Sequence record: PP763253.1
Length of the DNA: 64,000 bases
From: Acinetobacter phage Ab1-TPeters
Reading direction: 5' to 3' (one strand)
The notes beneath the pieces are model-generated. The model was not told the origin of the DNA. It did not search any database and was given only the letters and a program-made list of their open reading frames with translations. Each line of letters begins with the position of its first letter. Within the stretch, counting starts at the first letter, position 1. Below, piece after piece: positions 36,074 to 45,218 of the stretch. The position numbers and the translations under genes are program-made.

Positions 36074-36663
36074 AGCTCATAATGATCAATGGTGCTCCTT
36101 ATTCTGGTAAGGATACAGTTGCAAATCACTTAATGGAGCGTAGTAACGTTTATCGTGCTCGTTTTAAAGATCCACTGTATGAGGCACTTTCTCTATTCTA
36201 CGGTCTTCCACTCAAAGAAGTTGAAGATCTTTGTAATTCACCTAAGGAAATCAAGGATTCACCTCATCCTAAATTCAATGGCAAGTCACCACGTGGTGCT
36301 TTGATTCATATGTCTGAAGATGTGATGAAGCCCAACTTCGGTCTGGATATTGTTAGTAAACTTACTGCTAAGAAAATTCAATGTCTTGAATTAGGTCGTG
36401 ATTACTTTGACTCTGAACTGGTTGTAGTTATGCCAGATTGTGGTTTCCCGAATGAAGTTGAAGAACTTCAGGCTATGTTAGGTCTAGATCGTTCAGACAT
36501 CTTCTTGATTCGAATTGAACGTGAAGGATGTAGTTTTGAGGGTGACTCAAGAACCTACGTACCTAATCCAGACTTAGTTATTTTCAATAACTCTAGTCTA
36601 GTTGACCTATATGCTGTTGTTAATTACAGCGTAATTAATTTTCTAAATAAAGGATCTAAATAA
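36070..36663 (+). CDS. deoxynucleoside monophosphate kinase (T4 gp1-like)
   Basis: 'MKLIMINGAPYSGKDTVANHLM' closely mirrors the T4 gene 1 dNMP kinase N-terminus 'MKLIFLSGVKRSGKDTTADFIM'. Confidence 0.65.
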   Translation: MKLIMINGAPYSGKDTVANHLMERSNVYRARFKDPLYEALSLFYGLPLKEVEDLCNSPKEIKDSPHPKFNGKSPRGALIHMSEDVMKPNFGLDIVSKLTAKKIQCLELGRDYFDSELVVVMPDCGFPNEVEELQAMLGLDRSDIFLIRIEREGCSFEGDSRTYVPNPDLVIFNNSSLVDLYAVVNYSVINFLNKGSK

Positions 36664-36935
36664 TGACCTCTGTAAATCGCTTAATGAAAGACGCAGTAGC
36701 TCGCGCAAATGGAGTAAAACCGCAAGTATTCGCTTTAGTTACTGCTGGTAATAAAGGTTTTGATTGCTGGTCTAACTCAGCTGATCCAGCTCAGACAGCA
36801 GGTATTCTGGTTTCAAATACAGTGGCTATTATTCAGAACCAAGTAAAACCAGAGAAGCAGAATGAAGTAATTGATTCTTTGATCAAAGTACTTGAGAAGG
36901 CTAAAGAGGCAATTGAGAATAAGCCTGTCTCTTAA
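36663..36935 (+). CDS. hypothetical protein
   Basis: 90 aa. Its stop codon lies inside the motif-1 first half-site. Confidence 0.4.
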   Translation: MTSVNRLMKDAVARANGVKPQVFALVTAGNKGFDCWSNSADPAQTAGILVSNTVAIIQNQVKPEKQNEVIDSLIKVLEKAKEAIENKPVS

Positions 36936-36960
36936 ATCGCTCCAAAACCTGTTTAGGTGT
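36925..36960 (+). promoter_or_regulatory. motif-1 (CCTGTCTCTTAA-N11-CCTGTTTAGGTGT)
   Basis: The first half-site encodes the last codons and stop of 36663..36935. Confidence 0.45.
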
Positions 36961-37089
36961 GGTTGGGACACTTCCCGCCTAAACAGGAGAGTAACATGTT
37001 CAGATCGATTATCATTAACATCTGGAAGTTTAAGTTGATCATAAAGCCATCTAAAATTAATTTATACTTTGTTTCTCACAATAAAGTAG

Positions 37090-37356
37090 GTGGTTCGAGA
37101 ATTCGCATTTCTCGTAAAATATTTTGAGGTCTTTATGAACTTAATGCATATAAAATTAATTCACAACGTTATCAGAGTTAACCCTGGAAGTAGATTCCCA
37201 GATGGTACAAGACGACCTGCTCTTTATCTTGGTAAAGATCAGTGCTCTTATACACCCTGTCGTGAGGAAGCTCTTAAGCTTAAAGACGAGATCATAGTAA
37301 ATTTCATACCTATGATTAAAGAAAACAATTGGTCAATAGTCCCTTGCTTTGACTAA
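37090..37356 (+). CDS. hypothetical protein
   Basis: 88-aa ORF. Confidence 0.35.
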   Translation: MVREFAFLVKYFEVFMNLMHIKLIHNVIRVNPGSRFPDGTRRPALYLGKDQCSYTPCREEALKLKDEIIVNFIPMIKENNWSIVPCFD

Positions 37357-37373
37357 GTTCACTAGGTGCTTAA

Positions 37374-37730
37374 TTGCACCTATTTTATTTTATGGAATTC
37401 AAAATGTCTGACAAATTACACTTAAATATGGAAGTGATCTTCTCAACTGAAGCGCGTTCACCTCAGGGAATCCTCATGAACGCTGTTAAGAAGATTTATT
37501 GTCTAAAAGAAAATGATTGGTCTATCTCCAAACACCCAGATGATCTTAAGATTTTAATTCTTAACGCTGAGTTAGATCACATTTCTGATGTAGACAAACT
37601 TCATGACTTGCTTATTGATAAAGCTAACCATGATCTAGTTCTCCAATTGAATATTGGGATAGGGTTTGTTGCTCTAAATGATCGAGTCAATAAGGATTAC
37701 ACCAACGTAGTTGGTTCTAGCAATGACTAG
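37374..37730 (+). CDS. hypothetical protein
   Basis: 118-aa ORF. Confidence 0.35.
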   Translation: MHLFYFMEFKMSDKLHLNMEVIFSTEARSPQGILMNAVKKIYCLKENDWSISKHPDDLKILILNAELDHISDVDKLHDLLIDKANHDLVLQLNIGIGFVALNDRVNKDYTNVVGSSND

Positions 37731-38109
37731 CGAATCTTCATATTTTCCGATGGATGGAAATGCCTCAACTTGGCATGGTCGTCAGATAGAGAAGCTCATT
37801 GGCAGATCATATCAGACGATAGTTAGGCAAGTTGAAGACAATTCCCACTTATTTCCAAGCAAGAATTATGTAATTGTGCCTCACCAGATTGTTAAGTCAG
37901 TTCCAGCTGGAGTTAAGAAGACTTCTTACCGTTGTATTAAGTTTGAAGTTAAAACCCTGATTATGTCAAAAGAAGACTGGATGACTTACTTGATAATGTT
38001 CAAGAATCCTTTTCAAGAAGACTTAGTTAAGCAAATTAAGAAAGGTTGGACATTCGCTGAACTAGAGATTCCACATAAGAAAGTTAAATACAGCCAATCT
38101 TCACAATAA
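37711..38109 (+). CDS. hypothetical protein
   Basis: 132-aa ORF. Confidence 0.35.
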   Translation: MVLAMTSESSYFPMDGNASTWHGRQIEKLIGRSYQTIVRQVEDNSHLFPSKNYVIVPHQIVKSVPAGVKKTSYRCIKFEVKTLIMSKEDWMTYLIMFKNPFQEDLVKQIKKGWTFAELEIPHKKVKYSQSSQ

Positions 38110-38147
38110 CCTGAAGAGCTGCTTTCTTAGATAAGGCAGGAGTTAAC

Positions 38148-38369
38148 ATGATAAAATTTATTAAATCTCTGTTAGTAAAGAAAGCTGAAGTAAAAGAGCA
38201 ACCTTACCATGCTTTAGATTCTGACATTCTGATTTACAGAACTGACAAACCTCATCAAGTGGTCATGGCCGTTAATGAGGAAGCTTTCCTTGAAGTTATT
38301 GTGGTTTCTAAATCAGATATGTCAAAACAACTGGCTAAATTTCAAACGGTGAAAGCAGATGAAAGTTGA
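38148..38369 (+). CDS. hypothetical protein
   Basis: 73-aa ORF. Confidence 0.3.
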   Translation: MIKFIKSLLVKKAEVKEQPYHALDSDILIYRTDKPHQVVMAVNEEAFLEVIVVSKSDMSKQLAKFQTVKADES

Positions 38370-38589
38370 ACCACTTAGACATTCACTTTGGTGTGGATTT
38401 GAAGTACTGGTTAGAGAGTTGTATCAGCCATTCGTTTTACGTAACGGTCAAACAACAATGCTAACTGAAACTAGCAACACTTTATGTGATCGTTACCATG
38501 GAGTAGTTTACACCACTAAAGAAGTGTTTGATAAAATGAAAGAAATCCCTGGATATAGAGAGGTTGAATTACCAAATGAACTTTCGTGA
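38359..38589 (+). CDS. hypothetical protein
   Basis: 76-aa ORF. Confidence 0.3.
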   Translation: MKVEPLRHSLWCGFEVLVRELYQPFVLRNGQTTMLTETSNTLCDRYHGVVYTTKEVFDKMKEIPGYREVELPNELS

Positions 38590-39166
38590 TGCTATGTTGC
38601 AAATGATGTTAGGTCGTAAAGTATTCCTAGAGAATAACGGATTCAGTACACCCAACTTTACCTTAAATAAGGAAGGTGTCTTAGTGGATTCTTCAACTAA
38701 CAAGTCAGTTAACATCACCAGACCAATGGTTGAGTCAGATCAGTGGCAGGTATTTGAGAATAGACAGTCTGGCCGAACTACTCGGATGATCAATAATCTT
38801 ATTTCGAGTTTCTTAGATGGACGAGCTTGCTATGTTCTATCTAATGCAACTCACTTGAATACTCTGAAAACTACTGTATTAAATCTAGCTAAAGAACGAC
38901 TAACTGAAGACCAGTTTAAGATATTTGAGAAATCAGTTAAGTTTGAGACACCTGGTAGTTTAGGAGTAAAACAGGAGTCCCACATAGGTAACAACCCTTA
39001 TGTGGATTTTGTAAATAAGAGATTAAAACATGCTCATCCTAATTGCCAGCTATTCATAGATCATTACTTCTATGAGCAAGTGGTTGACAAAGAGTGGAAA
39101 ATAATTGATTGGTCACTTAATAAATCAACTGAATTCACAAAGGCTAGTGAAGATCAAGGAATTTAA
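38564..39166 (+). CDS. hypothetical protein
   Basis: 200-aa ORF. Confidence 0.4.
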   Translation: MNYQMNFRDAMLQMMLGRKVFLENNGFSTPNFTLNKEGVLVDSSTNKSVNITRPMVESDQWQVFENRQSGRTTRMINNLISSFLDGRACYVLSNATHLNTLKTTVLNLAKERLTEDQFKIFEKSVKFETPGSLGVKQESHIGNNPYVDFVNKRLKHAHPNCQLFIDHYFYEQVVDKEWKIIDWSLNKSTEFTKASEDQGI

Positions 39167-39548
39167 TATGCCCAATCAAGAATTAGAGAGACTTTCTGAA
39201 AGATGGGGAGTTGAATTAAGAGGTTTTGAAAATCTGATTATTCCATTAAAAAAGGATGAATACACTGGGATAGGAAAAGAGGCTAATTTAGTAGCTAAAT
39301 TGTTAGAGAAGAGAGGTTATAGACTTAGAGGTTTAAATTTTCAATACAATGAACCTTATGTTGTTGTATTTGATAATGGAACTTATGGATTTACACACAA
39401 CATTCCAAACGATATTTCTAAATTTAAATTTAGAAATATTAAAGACATAAAAGGTGAGCAGATCGTAGACAAAAATTTATTCTTTGGTTTTGTTTATGGG
39501 TCAGTTTTCGGTATTTTAATTACAATTTTCGTAATCTGGTTAATGTGA
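39105..39548 (+). CDS. hypothetical C-terminally membrane-anchored protein
   Basis: 147 aa with a C-terminal TM segment 'FGFVYGSVFGILITIFVIWLM'. Confidence 0.4.
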   Translation: MIGHLINQLNSQRLVKIKEFNMPNQELERLSERWGVELRGFENLIIPLKKDEYTGIGKEANLVAKLLEKRGYRLRGLNFQYNEPYVVVFDNGTYGFTHNIPNDISKFKFRNIKDIKGEQIVDKNLFFGFVYGSVFGILITIFVIWLM

Positions 39549-39613
39549 ATCCAGTTAATTAAAAAGTAAAGCATCTATACCAGATGCAGTAAAATGTTTT
39601 AGAGATAATATCA

Positions 39614-39832
39614 ATGCAAAATAAAACTTACACAGATAATTTAGAAGTATCTGGAGAGGACGAGCTATCTGAGATCAAGAAGAATGCTCCAAGAGGTGCA
39701 AAAGGCTATGCTGAGGTAAATGATAAAGTTATTTACTTTATTAAATCAGCTGTTGGTTGGCGTCAGATTAAAGGTAACTTAATCAGCTTTCACGATAGTG
39801 GTTTACCTTCTCAAATGATAAAGCTCCTTTAA
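39614..39832 (+). CDS. hypothetical protein
   Basis: 72-aa ORF. Confidence 0.3.
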   Translation: MQNKTYTDNLEVSGEDELSEIKKNAPRGAKGYAEVNDKVIYFIKSAVGWRQIKGNLISFHDSGLPSQMIKLL

Positions 39833-40034
39833 TGGGGCTTTATTCACGCCAGTTGAATCTCTGGAATAAGACCAAGAGCTGTTAAGTTAGAGCAGCTGAT
39901 AATAAGGAATAATCAATGGCTACACTGTTAATTAAATTTGCTTTAATTTCGCTTTTTATTTTAGCTTTAATCGGGATTTTGTTTCTGATGAATCAGGCTA
40001 AACACGATTACATAAAACATGAGGAAGATGATCA

Positions 40035-40508
40035 ATGAAGAATTGGTACTCTAGAACTCCGTCTGATTGTTTGATTCCGACATTCACAACTAAAGAGCAT
40101 CGCTGGTTGAGTAACATGTGGCCAGCTAAGTTGATTATAGCTGGAATTGAGTATAATTCTAGTGAGAACGCATATCAAGCATTCAAGTATATCTCTGATA
40201 CTCAGCGCAGATATATAGCTAAACTTACCCCAGCTCACTCTAAGCATTATAGTAAAGAGAATCCACTAACTAATCCTCTATTTGAAGCAAGAAAGGTGGA
40301 GATTATGAGGCAAGCTCTTTATGCTAAATTTACGCAGAATCCTGATCTACGTGATCGTCTTACTTCAACTGGTGATTTGATCCTAGTTGAAGGGAATTGG
40401 TGGGGTGATTTATTCTGGGGAGTAAATAAGGACACTGGATTAGGTCAGAATAACCTAGGTGTTTTACTTATGGAAGTAAGGAGTGCTCTGCGTGACCAAC
40501 AAAGTTAA
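40035..40508 (+). CDS. NADAR / YbiA-like (DUF1768) N-glycosidase-fold protein
   Basis: 'FTTKEHRWLSNMW', 'YNSSENAYQAFKY' and 'GDLILVEGNWWGDLFWGV..GQNNLGVLLMEVR' match the conserved YbiA/NADAR blocks (SN..F, E..YQA.KF, W.G.G..G.N.LG..LM.VR). Confidence 0.65.
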   Translation: MKNWYSRTPSDCLIPTFTTKEHRWLSNMWPAKLIIAGIEYNSSENAYQAFKYISDTQRRYIAKLTPAHSKHYSKENPLTNPLFEARKVEIMRQALYAKFTQNPDLRDRLTSTGDLILVEGNWWGDLFWGVNKDTGLGQNNLGVLLMEVRSALRDQQS

Positions 40509-40719
40509 GTCAATGTATGTCAGTTTCAATGGAGCTCCTAACGGTGACTTCCTCCAGAAATTGAATTTGTCAGGTAAGATAGAGAGCCACGTGCTTAACA
40601 CCAATTCAACTCTTATTGTCTTCTCTAAACTATTAACTAAGGAAGAAGCACTAAAATTTTTACTTAGTTTTGAGTTTGACATCAATAAGGTTAGCTTTAC
40701 ATTCAAAAGGGATAAGTAA
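40483..40719 (+). CDS. hypothetical protein
   Basis: 78-aa ORF overlapping the 3' end of the NADAR gene. Confidence 0.3.
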   Translation: MLCVTNKVKSMYVSFNGAPNGDFLQKLNLSGKIESHVLNTNSTLIVFSKLLTKEEALKFLLSFEFDINKVSFTFKRDK

Positions 40720-41000
40720 TGCAGGATCAAGTAAATAAACGAACCAGAGAAGTTCAGTTTAGCGTTGTTGATTCATATATTGAATACCAGCGTCAGAAAG
40801 GACTTAATTTTCAAGAGATGGCTAAAGCTATTGGTATGTCAGTTCTTAAGTTTCAAAATATGGTCACTGGTCACGATGAGTTTAATATTCATGACCTAGC
40901 TAAAATCTCCAGTGTCATTTCAATGGACTTTGATCTAGTGTTCAAGAAGCAAGATTCAGTTCCTGAAGCTCCACCTACATCTTTTACATTAAGTAACTGA
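40719..41000 (+). CDS. putative HTH DNA-binding protein (Cro/C1-like)
   Basis: 'FQEMAKAIGMSVLKFQNMVTGHDEFNIHDLAKI' has the helix-turn-helix pattern of XRE-family regulators. Weak. Confidence 0.3.
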   Translation: MQDQVNKRTREVQFSVVDSYIEYQRQKGLNFQEMAKAIGMSVLKFQNMVTGHDEFNIHDLAKISSVISMDFDLVFKKQDSVPEAPPTSFTLSN

Positions 41001-41064
41001 GCGTTAGTTATGATTTTAAATTTCTTATTAAAACTATTTAGCTTCGGCTCAAGTTTAGACACTT

Positions 41065-41292
41065 ATGAGGATGAGCATGATTCAAGTAATCACAATGAAC
41101 TCAGCTAAGGATTATAAAATCCGTAAATTTGGTTCTTTACATGACCTTAAGAAGTTCTTAAGTCACCGTGGCTTATTTACCAAATTTCATTCCAGAGTTG
41201 AGTTCAAAGGTCAGCTCTGGAAATCATTTACAGTGATGTCACGTGAAAAGGATGTGACTCCACAATTCAAAGAGGTCTTAGTTGAATTATGA
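41065..41292 (+). CDS. hypothetical protein
   Basis: 75-aa ORF. Confidence 0.3.
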   Translation: MRMSMIQVITMNSAKDYKIRKFGSLHDLKKFLSHRGLFTKFHSRVEFKGQLWKSFTVMSREKDVTPQFKEVLVEL

Positions 41293-41606
41293 ACAAAGAA
41301 ATAACAGTAGACTTAAGAGTTGATGAAATTGATTCTTTCGGCAGCATCACTTCTCGTTTAGGTCAAACAGTAATTCAGTCAACACATCGCATAGCTAAGC
41401 TATATGGATCTAAATTCAGTGACGAAATGAATGATCTGAAGAAGCTCTACACTGACCATGCTTGTGATCTAGCTAAAGAGATTATTAAAGGAACTGGAAA
41501 TACTATCACTGTGATGGTTACTGAATCAACAGTTGACAGTTTCAATAAAGTTCTTAAATCAACTAGTCGTGGTATCTTAATAACTAATGAGGTCAAAAAG
41601 AAATGA
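41289..41606 (+). CDS. hypothetical protein
   Basis: 105-aa ORF. Confidence 0.35.
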   Translation: MNKEITVDLRVDEIDSFGSITSRLGQTVIQSTHRIAKLYGSKFSDEMNDLKKLYTDHACDLAKEIIKGTGNTITVMVTESTVDSFNKVLKSTSRGILITNEVKKK

Positions 41607-42163
41607 CTGAGATCAAGGGACAACCTACGCTGTCACCTAAAGGTAGTAATATCAATGAAGCCGCAGTAAAGTCTGTTATTAAAGCAGTTGAGAAAAGTTT
41701 ATATGAATCAACTTTAGTTGGCGACTTTAGTCACAAGCCTTTTAATCCAATGGACTTAAAAACTAACTTAGGTCTTCAAGGTCAATACGTTCTTGAAGAA
41801 AACTCCTATGATCCTGTTTCTGGCTTATTAAAAATAGATTTCAAAGGTAAGCCTACAGCTGATGATTTAATAACTTTAGCTAAAGCTGGAATTATCGACA
41901 GCTCTAACGCACTATCTCAATTCAAGCAGTTATTGCCTAAGCAAGTAGGTTTGTCTTTCTCAATTGAGGCTAAAGGTGAAGTTACTGAAGATGAGAACGG
42001 AAGTACTGTATTCTTGAATAAGGGAGCTGAGCCTCAGGACTTCTTTAACGACTTAGAGACGACTAAGAAATTTAAGTCTATTCTAGATCGATGGAATAAT
42101 GGAATGCCAGTAACTAAAAAGGAATTTGACGATCTTTATAAATCGTATAAGGAAGAATTCTAA
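41603..42163 (+). CDS. hypothetical protein
   Basis: 186-aa ORF. Confidence 0.4.
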   Translation: MTEIKGQPTLSPKGSNINEAAVKSVIKAVEKSLYESTLVGDFSHKPFNPMDLKTNLGLQGQYVLEENSYDPVSGLLKIDFKGKPTADDLITLAKAGIIDSSNALSQFKQLLPKQVGLSFSIEAKGEVTEDENGSTVFLNKGAEPQDFFNDLETTKKFKSILDRWNNGMPVTKKEFDDLYKSYKEEF

Positions 42164-42852
42164 TGACTATCGAATTAGATGTATTTAATTTAGTAGACAG
42201 TGGAGCTGCATTTAAGAACACAATTGACACTTCAGTTTCTGATTCAGCTGTATCAAATATGAAGAGTGGCTTTGATAACTTACTGCAAGATCCAGTTAAG
42301 ATGGCTAAGTTAGAAGAAGCTGGTATTACTGACGTTGATCTACGTGAGTACCAAGATAAACTAAGTGGTGTTCAAGAAGTTGCTAATAAGTTAAACAGTC
42401 ACGTTGGAGAAAGCCTCAGTCAGATTAATTCAAAGCTAAGTCTGGCTAGTTCATATACTAACATCATGAAACGACTTGGATCACCAGTGGCTGGTTGCGA
42501 TGCTTCATCTAGTTTGTTGGGTTCAATAATGGGAGGTGGTGGAGCTTTCCTCAGTTCTCTAGCTGACCAAGCTGCTGGATTTATGTCACTTATTGAAGGC
42601 GGTATAGATAACGTTCAAGAATGGGTAGGTAAGTTTAATGGCCTAGTCTCTTCAATTATGGCAATTCCTAGTCAGATTGAAGATATGATTAATGCTGAAA
42701 TCCAGGCGATGAGAGACATGCTTAATAAGTGTGTAGCTGCTGGTTTAGCTTTCGGTTTAGGGTCACTGTTAGGTGACGATTGTGCTGCAGCTGTGTTAGA
42801 ATCAGTTGCTACTCCAGAAATGGGTGAATTAATGGGAAAATTTAAATTATGA
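42163..42852 (+). CDS. hypothetical Gly/Ala/Ser-rich protein
   Basis: 229 aa with G/A/S-rich stretches. Confidence 0.4.
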   Translation: MTIELDVFNLVDSGAAFKNTIDTSVSDSAVSNMKSGFDNLLQDPVKMAKLEEAGITDVDLREYQDKLSGVQEVANKLNSHVGESLSQINSKLSLASSYTNIMKRLGSPVAGCDASSSLLGSIMGGGGAFLSSLADQAAGFMSLIEGGIDNVQEWVGKFNGLVSSIMAIPSQIEDMINAEIQAMRDMLNKCVAAGLAFGLGSLLGDDCAAAVLESVATPEMGELMGKFKL

Positions 42853-43091
42853 AAAATCAAAAAGGTTCAAGCTGGTTAGAAGTTATTATCGGTTTAGTTT
42901 TTATTTGTATTATTCTTTTAGCTGGCAAAGTCTTTGGTTACGTAGGTTGCCAGAGCTATTCATCTAATACAGATCGATCAGTTAAATATAGTCTTCTTTC
43001 AGGTTGCTATGTAAAGACTCAACAGGGATGGATACCTAAAGATGAAATCGGTGAACGAGTAATGTCAGAGAGCGTGCCTAAAGATGACTAA
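42849..43091 (+). CDS. small membrane protein
   Basis: 80 aa with an N-terminal TM segment 'SSWLEVIIGLVFICIILLAG'. Confidence 0.4.
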   Translation: MKNQKGSSWLEVIIGLVFICIILLAGKVFGYVGCQSYSSNTDRSVKYSLLSGCYVKTQQGWIPKDEIGERVMSESVPKDD

Positions 43092-43201
43092 AGAATATGA
43101 ATGTCGTGATTGCGAATACGTTTCTGATGAGTACGAACTATTAGATCCTGATCAACCAGAGTGTCCTGAGTGTGGATCTGCAGATGTAGAAGAGATAGGG
43201 T
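43084..43201 (+). CDS. tiny zinc-ribbon protein (~38 aa)
   Basis: Not in the track. 'MTKEYECRDCEYVSDEYELLDPDQPECPECGSADVEEIG' has a CxxC..CxxC pair. Confidence 0.3.
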
Positions 43202-43204
43202 AAG

Positions 43205-43245
43205 CTGTCTCTTAACCAGGTTAAAAACCTGTTAAGTTGTACAGG
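43205..43245 (+). promoter_or_regulatory. motif-1 (CTGTCTCTTAA-N11-CCTGTTAAGTTGTACAGG)
   Basis: Upstream of 43301. Followed by hairpin GGAGACTTCGGTCTCC-TTTTT. Confidence 0.45.
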
Positions 43246-43267
43246 GGAGTTGCCCTTTTTATCTAAG

Positions 43268-43292
43268 GAGACTTCGGTCTCCTTTTTCATTG
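43268..43292 (+). terminator. terminator-like hairpin (GGAGACTTCGGTCTCC + TTTTTCATT)
   Basis: Between a motif-1 copy and the ATG at 43301. Possible attenuator. Confidence 0.45.
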
Positions 43293-43300
43293 GAATCATC

Positions 43301-43588
43301 ATGACTAACCAAAATTTATTAAACCTTCAAATTCTTCTAGAGTCTAAGCGTGAGTTGGAATCACATCTTCTAGTTTCTGGGTGGAAGCAAGAACTGGATG
43401 AGCTCCATTTCTATACTCACAAAGATCACCCCCAGTTTGTTGTTCAAATCATTACTGATGCAGTAAATTTATCTTGCAGCTTAGCTCTATTTAACGGAAC
43501 TGAAAAAGTTTCAACTTGCCTGTCAATTCATAAATTAAATTTAGATATCAAGGAGTATTCAAAATGGCTAACTACACAATCGGCTTAA
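43301..43588 (+). CDS. hypothetical protein
   Basis: Track start 43250 lies inside a terminator-like hairpin. The ATG at 43301 is the likelier start. Confidence 0.4.
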   Translation: MTNQNLLNLQILLESKRELESHLLVSGWKQELDELHFYTHKDHPQFVVQIITDAVNLSCSLALFNGTEKVSTCLSIHKLNLDIKEYSKWLTTQSA

Positions 43589-43776
43589 TCGGTTCAGGAT
43601 TACTGTTGTCTTCTAAGAATGTGGAGTCTGAACCAGAATTCACTAAAGTTCTGGATGATGTGTTCTATTTTCACACACGTGAAGCTGCGGAAGAATTGAT
43701 GGAAGCAATTAACTTAGATAATATGCTGGAATTGATTACACTAAATGAGGAAGTAACGCAGGAAGAGATATTATGA
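43564..43776 (+). CDS. hypothetical protein
   Basis: 70-aa ORF. Confidence 0.3.
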   Translation: MANYTIGLIGSGLLLSSKNVESEPEFTKVLDDVFYFHTREAAEELMEAINLDNMLELITLNEEVTQEEIL

Positions 43777-44372
43777 AGTCCGAAATAAAATATAGCATTG
43801 ATGCTAAAATGATAGCTAATTTCCCAGCTGACCATAAGATCTGGTTTAATAGAGCTTACTACTCTGCAGTATTTGAATCAGCGATAGCTCAATTAGGTGA
43901 TATGTTAATAAACAATCCAGACTCTTTTGTAATAAATAAGTTTTTGAATAACTTATGTGACTGGGTTAAGCAAGATAAGTCTACCAACAACCTAACTAAT
44001 TTTCCAGGCGGAGGTTATTCTCCACTGTCTAGGTATGGTCAATCTTCAGATGTGTTTAATTTTTGTGTTTTAGAGAATGTCTGCAAAGAGTGGCGAGGAA
44101 TAGTCGTTAATGAAGTTCTTTGTGTTCCTGTAATAAATACTAATAATCTAAATTTATCTGAGAAGATTATTTCTGAACTCACCCTTAATTCAAATAAGTT
44201 CAAGGATAGCAAGATAGCTGAATTAAAGGCTAAATACCCAGATAAGAAAGATATACTTCCTAATCTTAGAACTGGTATAGTAGTTCTCTCAGACCTTAAT
44301 GTTAGTGTGTTACTAGCTAACTTGGATAAATTTAAAATGTCTGGATTAAGTAATGATACGAATTTTAAATAG
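43773..44372 (+). CDS. hypothetical protein
   Basis: 199-aa ORF. Confidence 0.4.
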   Translation: MKSEIKYSIDAKMIANFPADHKIWFNRAYYSAVFESAIAQLGDMLINNPDSFVINKFLNNLCDWVKQDKSTNNLTNFPGGGYSPLSRYGQSSDVFNFCVLENVCKEWRGIVVNEVLCVPVINTNNLNLSEKIISELTLNSNKFKDSKIAELKAKYPDKKDILPNLRTGIVVLSDLNVSVLLANLDKFKMSGLSNDTNFK

Positions 44373-44694
44373 AAGACGAAAAGATCCTGAACTTCCTGGC
44401 CTTACTGTTTACATAGGTAGGCCAAGTAAGTGGGGTAATCCTTATTCACATAAGCCTGAGACTCTTGCTGAAATCAAAGTGAAATCAAGAGAAGAGGCAG
44501 TAAGGTTATATGAGGCTCACTTCGAGGAATTACTTAAGAATCCTGACATAAGAAGAGACTTCGATAATCTGGCTGAGCAAGCTAGACATGGCCACTTGAA
44601 TCTCGAATGCTGGTGTTATCCAGCTCAATGCCACGGTGAAGTAATTAAGCAGAAGATAGAAAGTATCTTAATATCTGAGCGCAGAGGAGGTTGA
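44353..44694 (+). CDS. DUF4326-like protein
   Basis: 'VYIGRPSKWGNPY' and the C-terminal 'LECWCYPAQCHGEVI' match my recollection of the DUF4326 signature (GRxSxWGNPF ... CxCxPxxCHxxxL). Confidence 0.45.
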   Translation: MIRILNRRRKDPELPGLTVYIGRPSKWGNPYSHKPETLAEIKVKSREEAVRLYEAHFEELLKNPDIRRDFDNLAEQARHGHLNLECWCYPAQCHGEVIKQKIESILISERRGG

Positions 44695-44710
44695 AAATAT
44701 TTTCAACTTT

Positions 44711-44747
44711 CCTGTTTCTTAACCAATCTCAAAGCCAGTTAAATTGT
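44711..44747 (+). promoter_or_regulatory. motif-1 (CCTGTTTCTTAA-N12-CCAGTTAAATTGT + hairpin)
   Basis: Upstream of 44785. Confidence 0.5.
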
Positions 44748-44784
44748 CGGGGGCAGTTCCCGCTGTCTAATCTGGAGCTATCTT

Positions 44785-45126
44785 ATGAACGTATTCGTTG
44801 CACGCACTAATATCCTAATACACGCTGATATCGGTTCACTTTCTTCAAAGTCTGAAGTGGTTTTCAGTCCTTCTAAAGTTTTTAATTTAAGCGAAGGTGA
44901 ATACTATGAGGTGATCATCAAGGAGAGTGCTAAATCTAAACGTCACTGGGATTTATTCCTGGAAGGTTCTGATGGTAAGATAGGTGAATACGTTGGAGTA
45001 ATTCGTCTTCCTAAAGGAGAATCAGTTAAGGGTGTTAACTTCACACACTCTAAGTTGAAGCGAATTGAAGGAAACAAAATCAGACTAGACTTCCACATGG
45101 AGAATTACTGGTCTGACGAAGAATAA
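44785..45126 (+). CDS. hypothetical protein
   Basis: 113 aa. Preceded by motif 1 and 'CTGGAGCTATCTT'. Confidence 0.45.
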   Translation: MNVFVARTNILIHADIGSLSSKSEVVFSPSKVFNLSEGEYYEVIIKESAKSKRHWDLFLEGSDGKIGEYVGVIRLPKGESVKGVNFTHSKLKRIEGNKIRLDFHMENYWSDEE

Positions 45127-45127
45127 T

Positions 45128-45164
45128 CCTGTTTCTTAACAATCCTTAGAACCTGTTAAATTGT
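45128..45164 (+). promoter_or_regulatory. motif-1 (CCTGTTTCTTAA-N12-CCTGTTAAATTGT)
   Basis: Directly after the stop of 44785..45126; upstream of 45219. Confidence 0.5.
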
Positions 45165-45218
45165 CGGGCTGAAACGTCTCGGTTCTATCACGTAACCAAC
45201 CAATAGATAGGTACAATT

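Noticed and set aside
43250-43300. ORF-track start 43250 for 43250..43588
   Set aside because: The 5' end overlaps the motif-1 GC hairpin and a GGAGACTTCGGTCTCC-TTTTT hairpin. The ATG at 43301 after it is more plausible.
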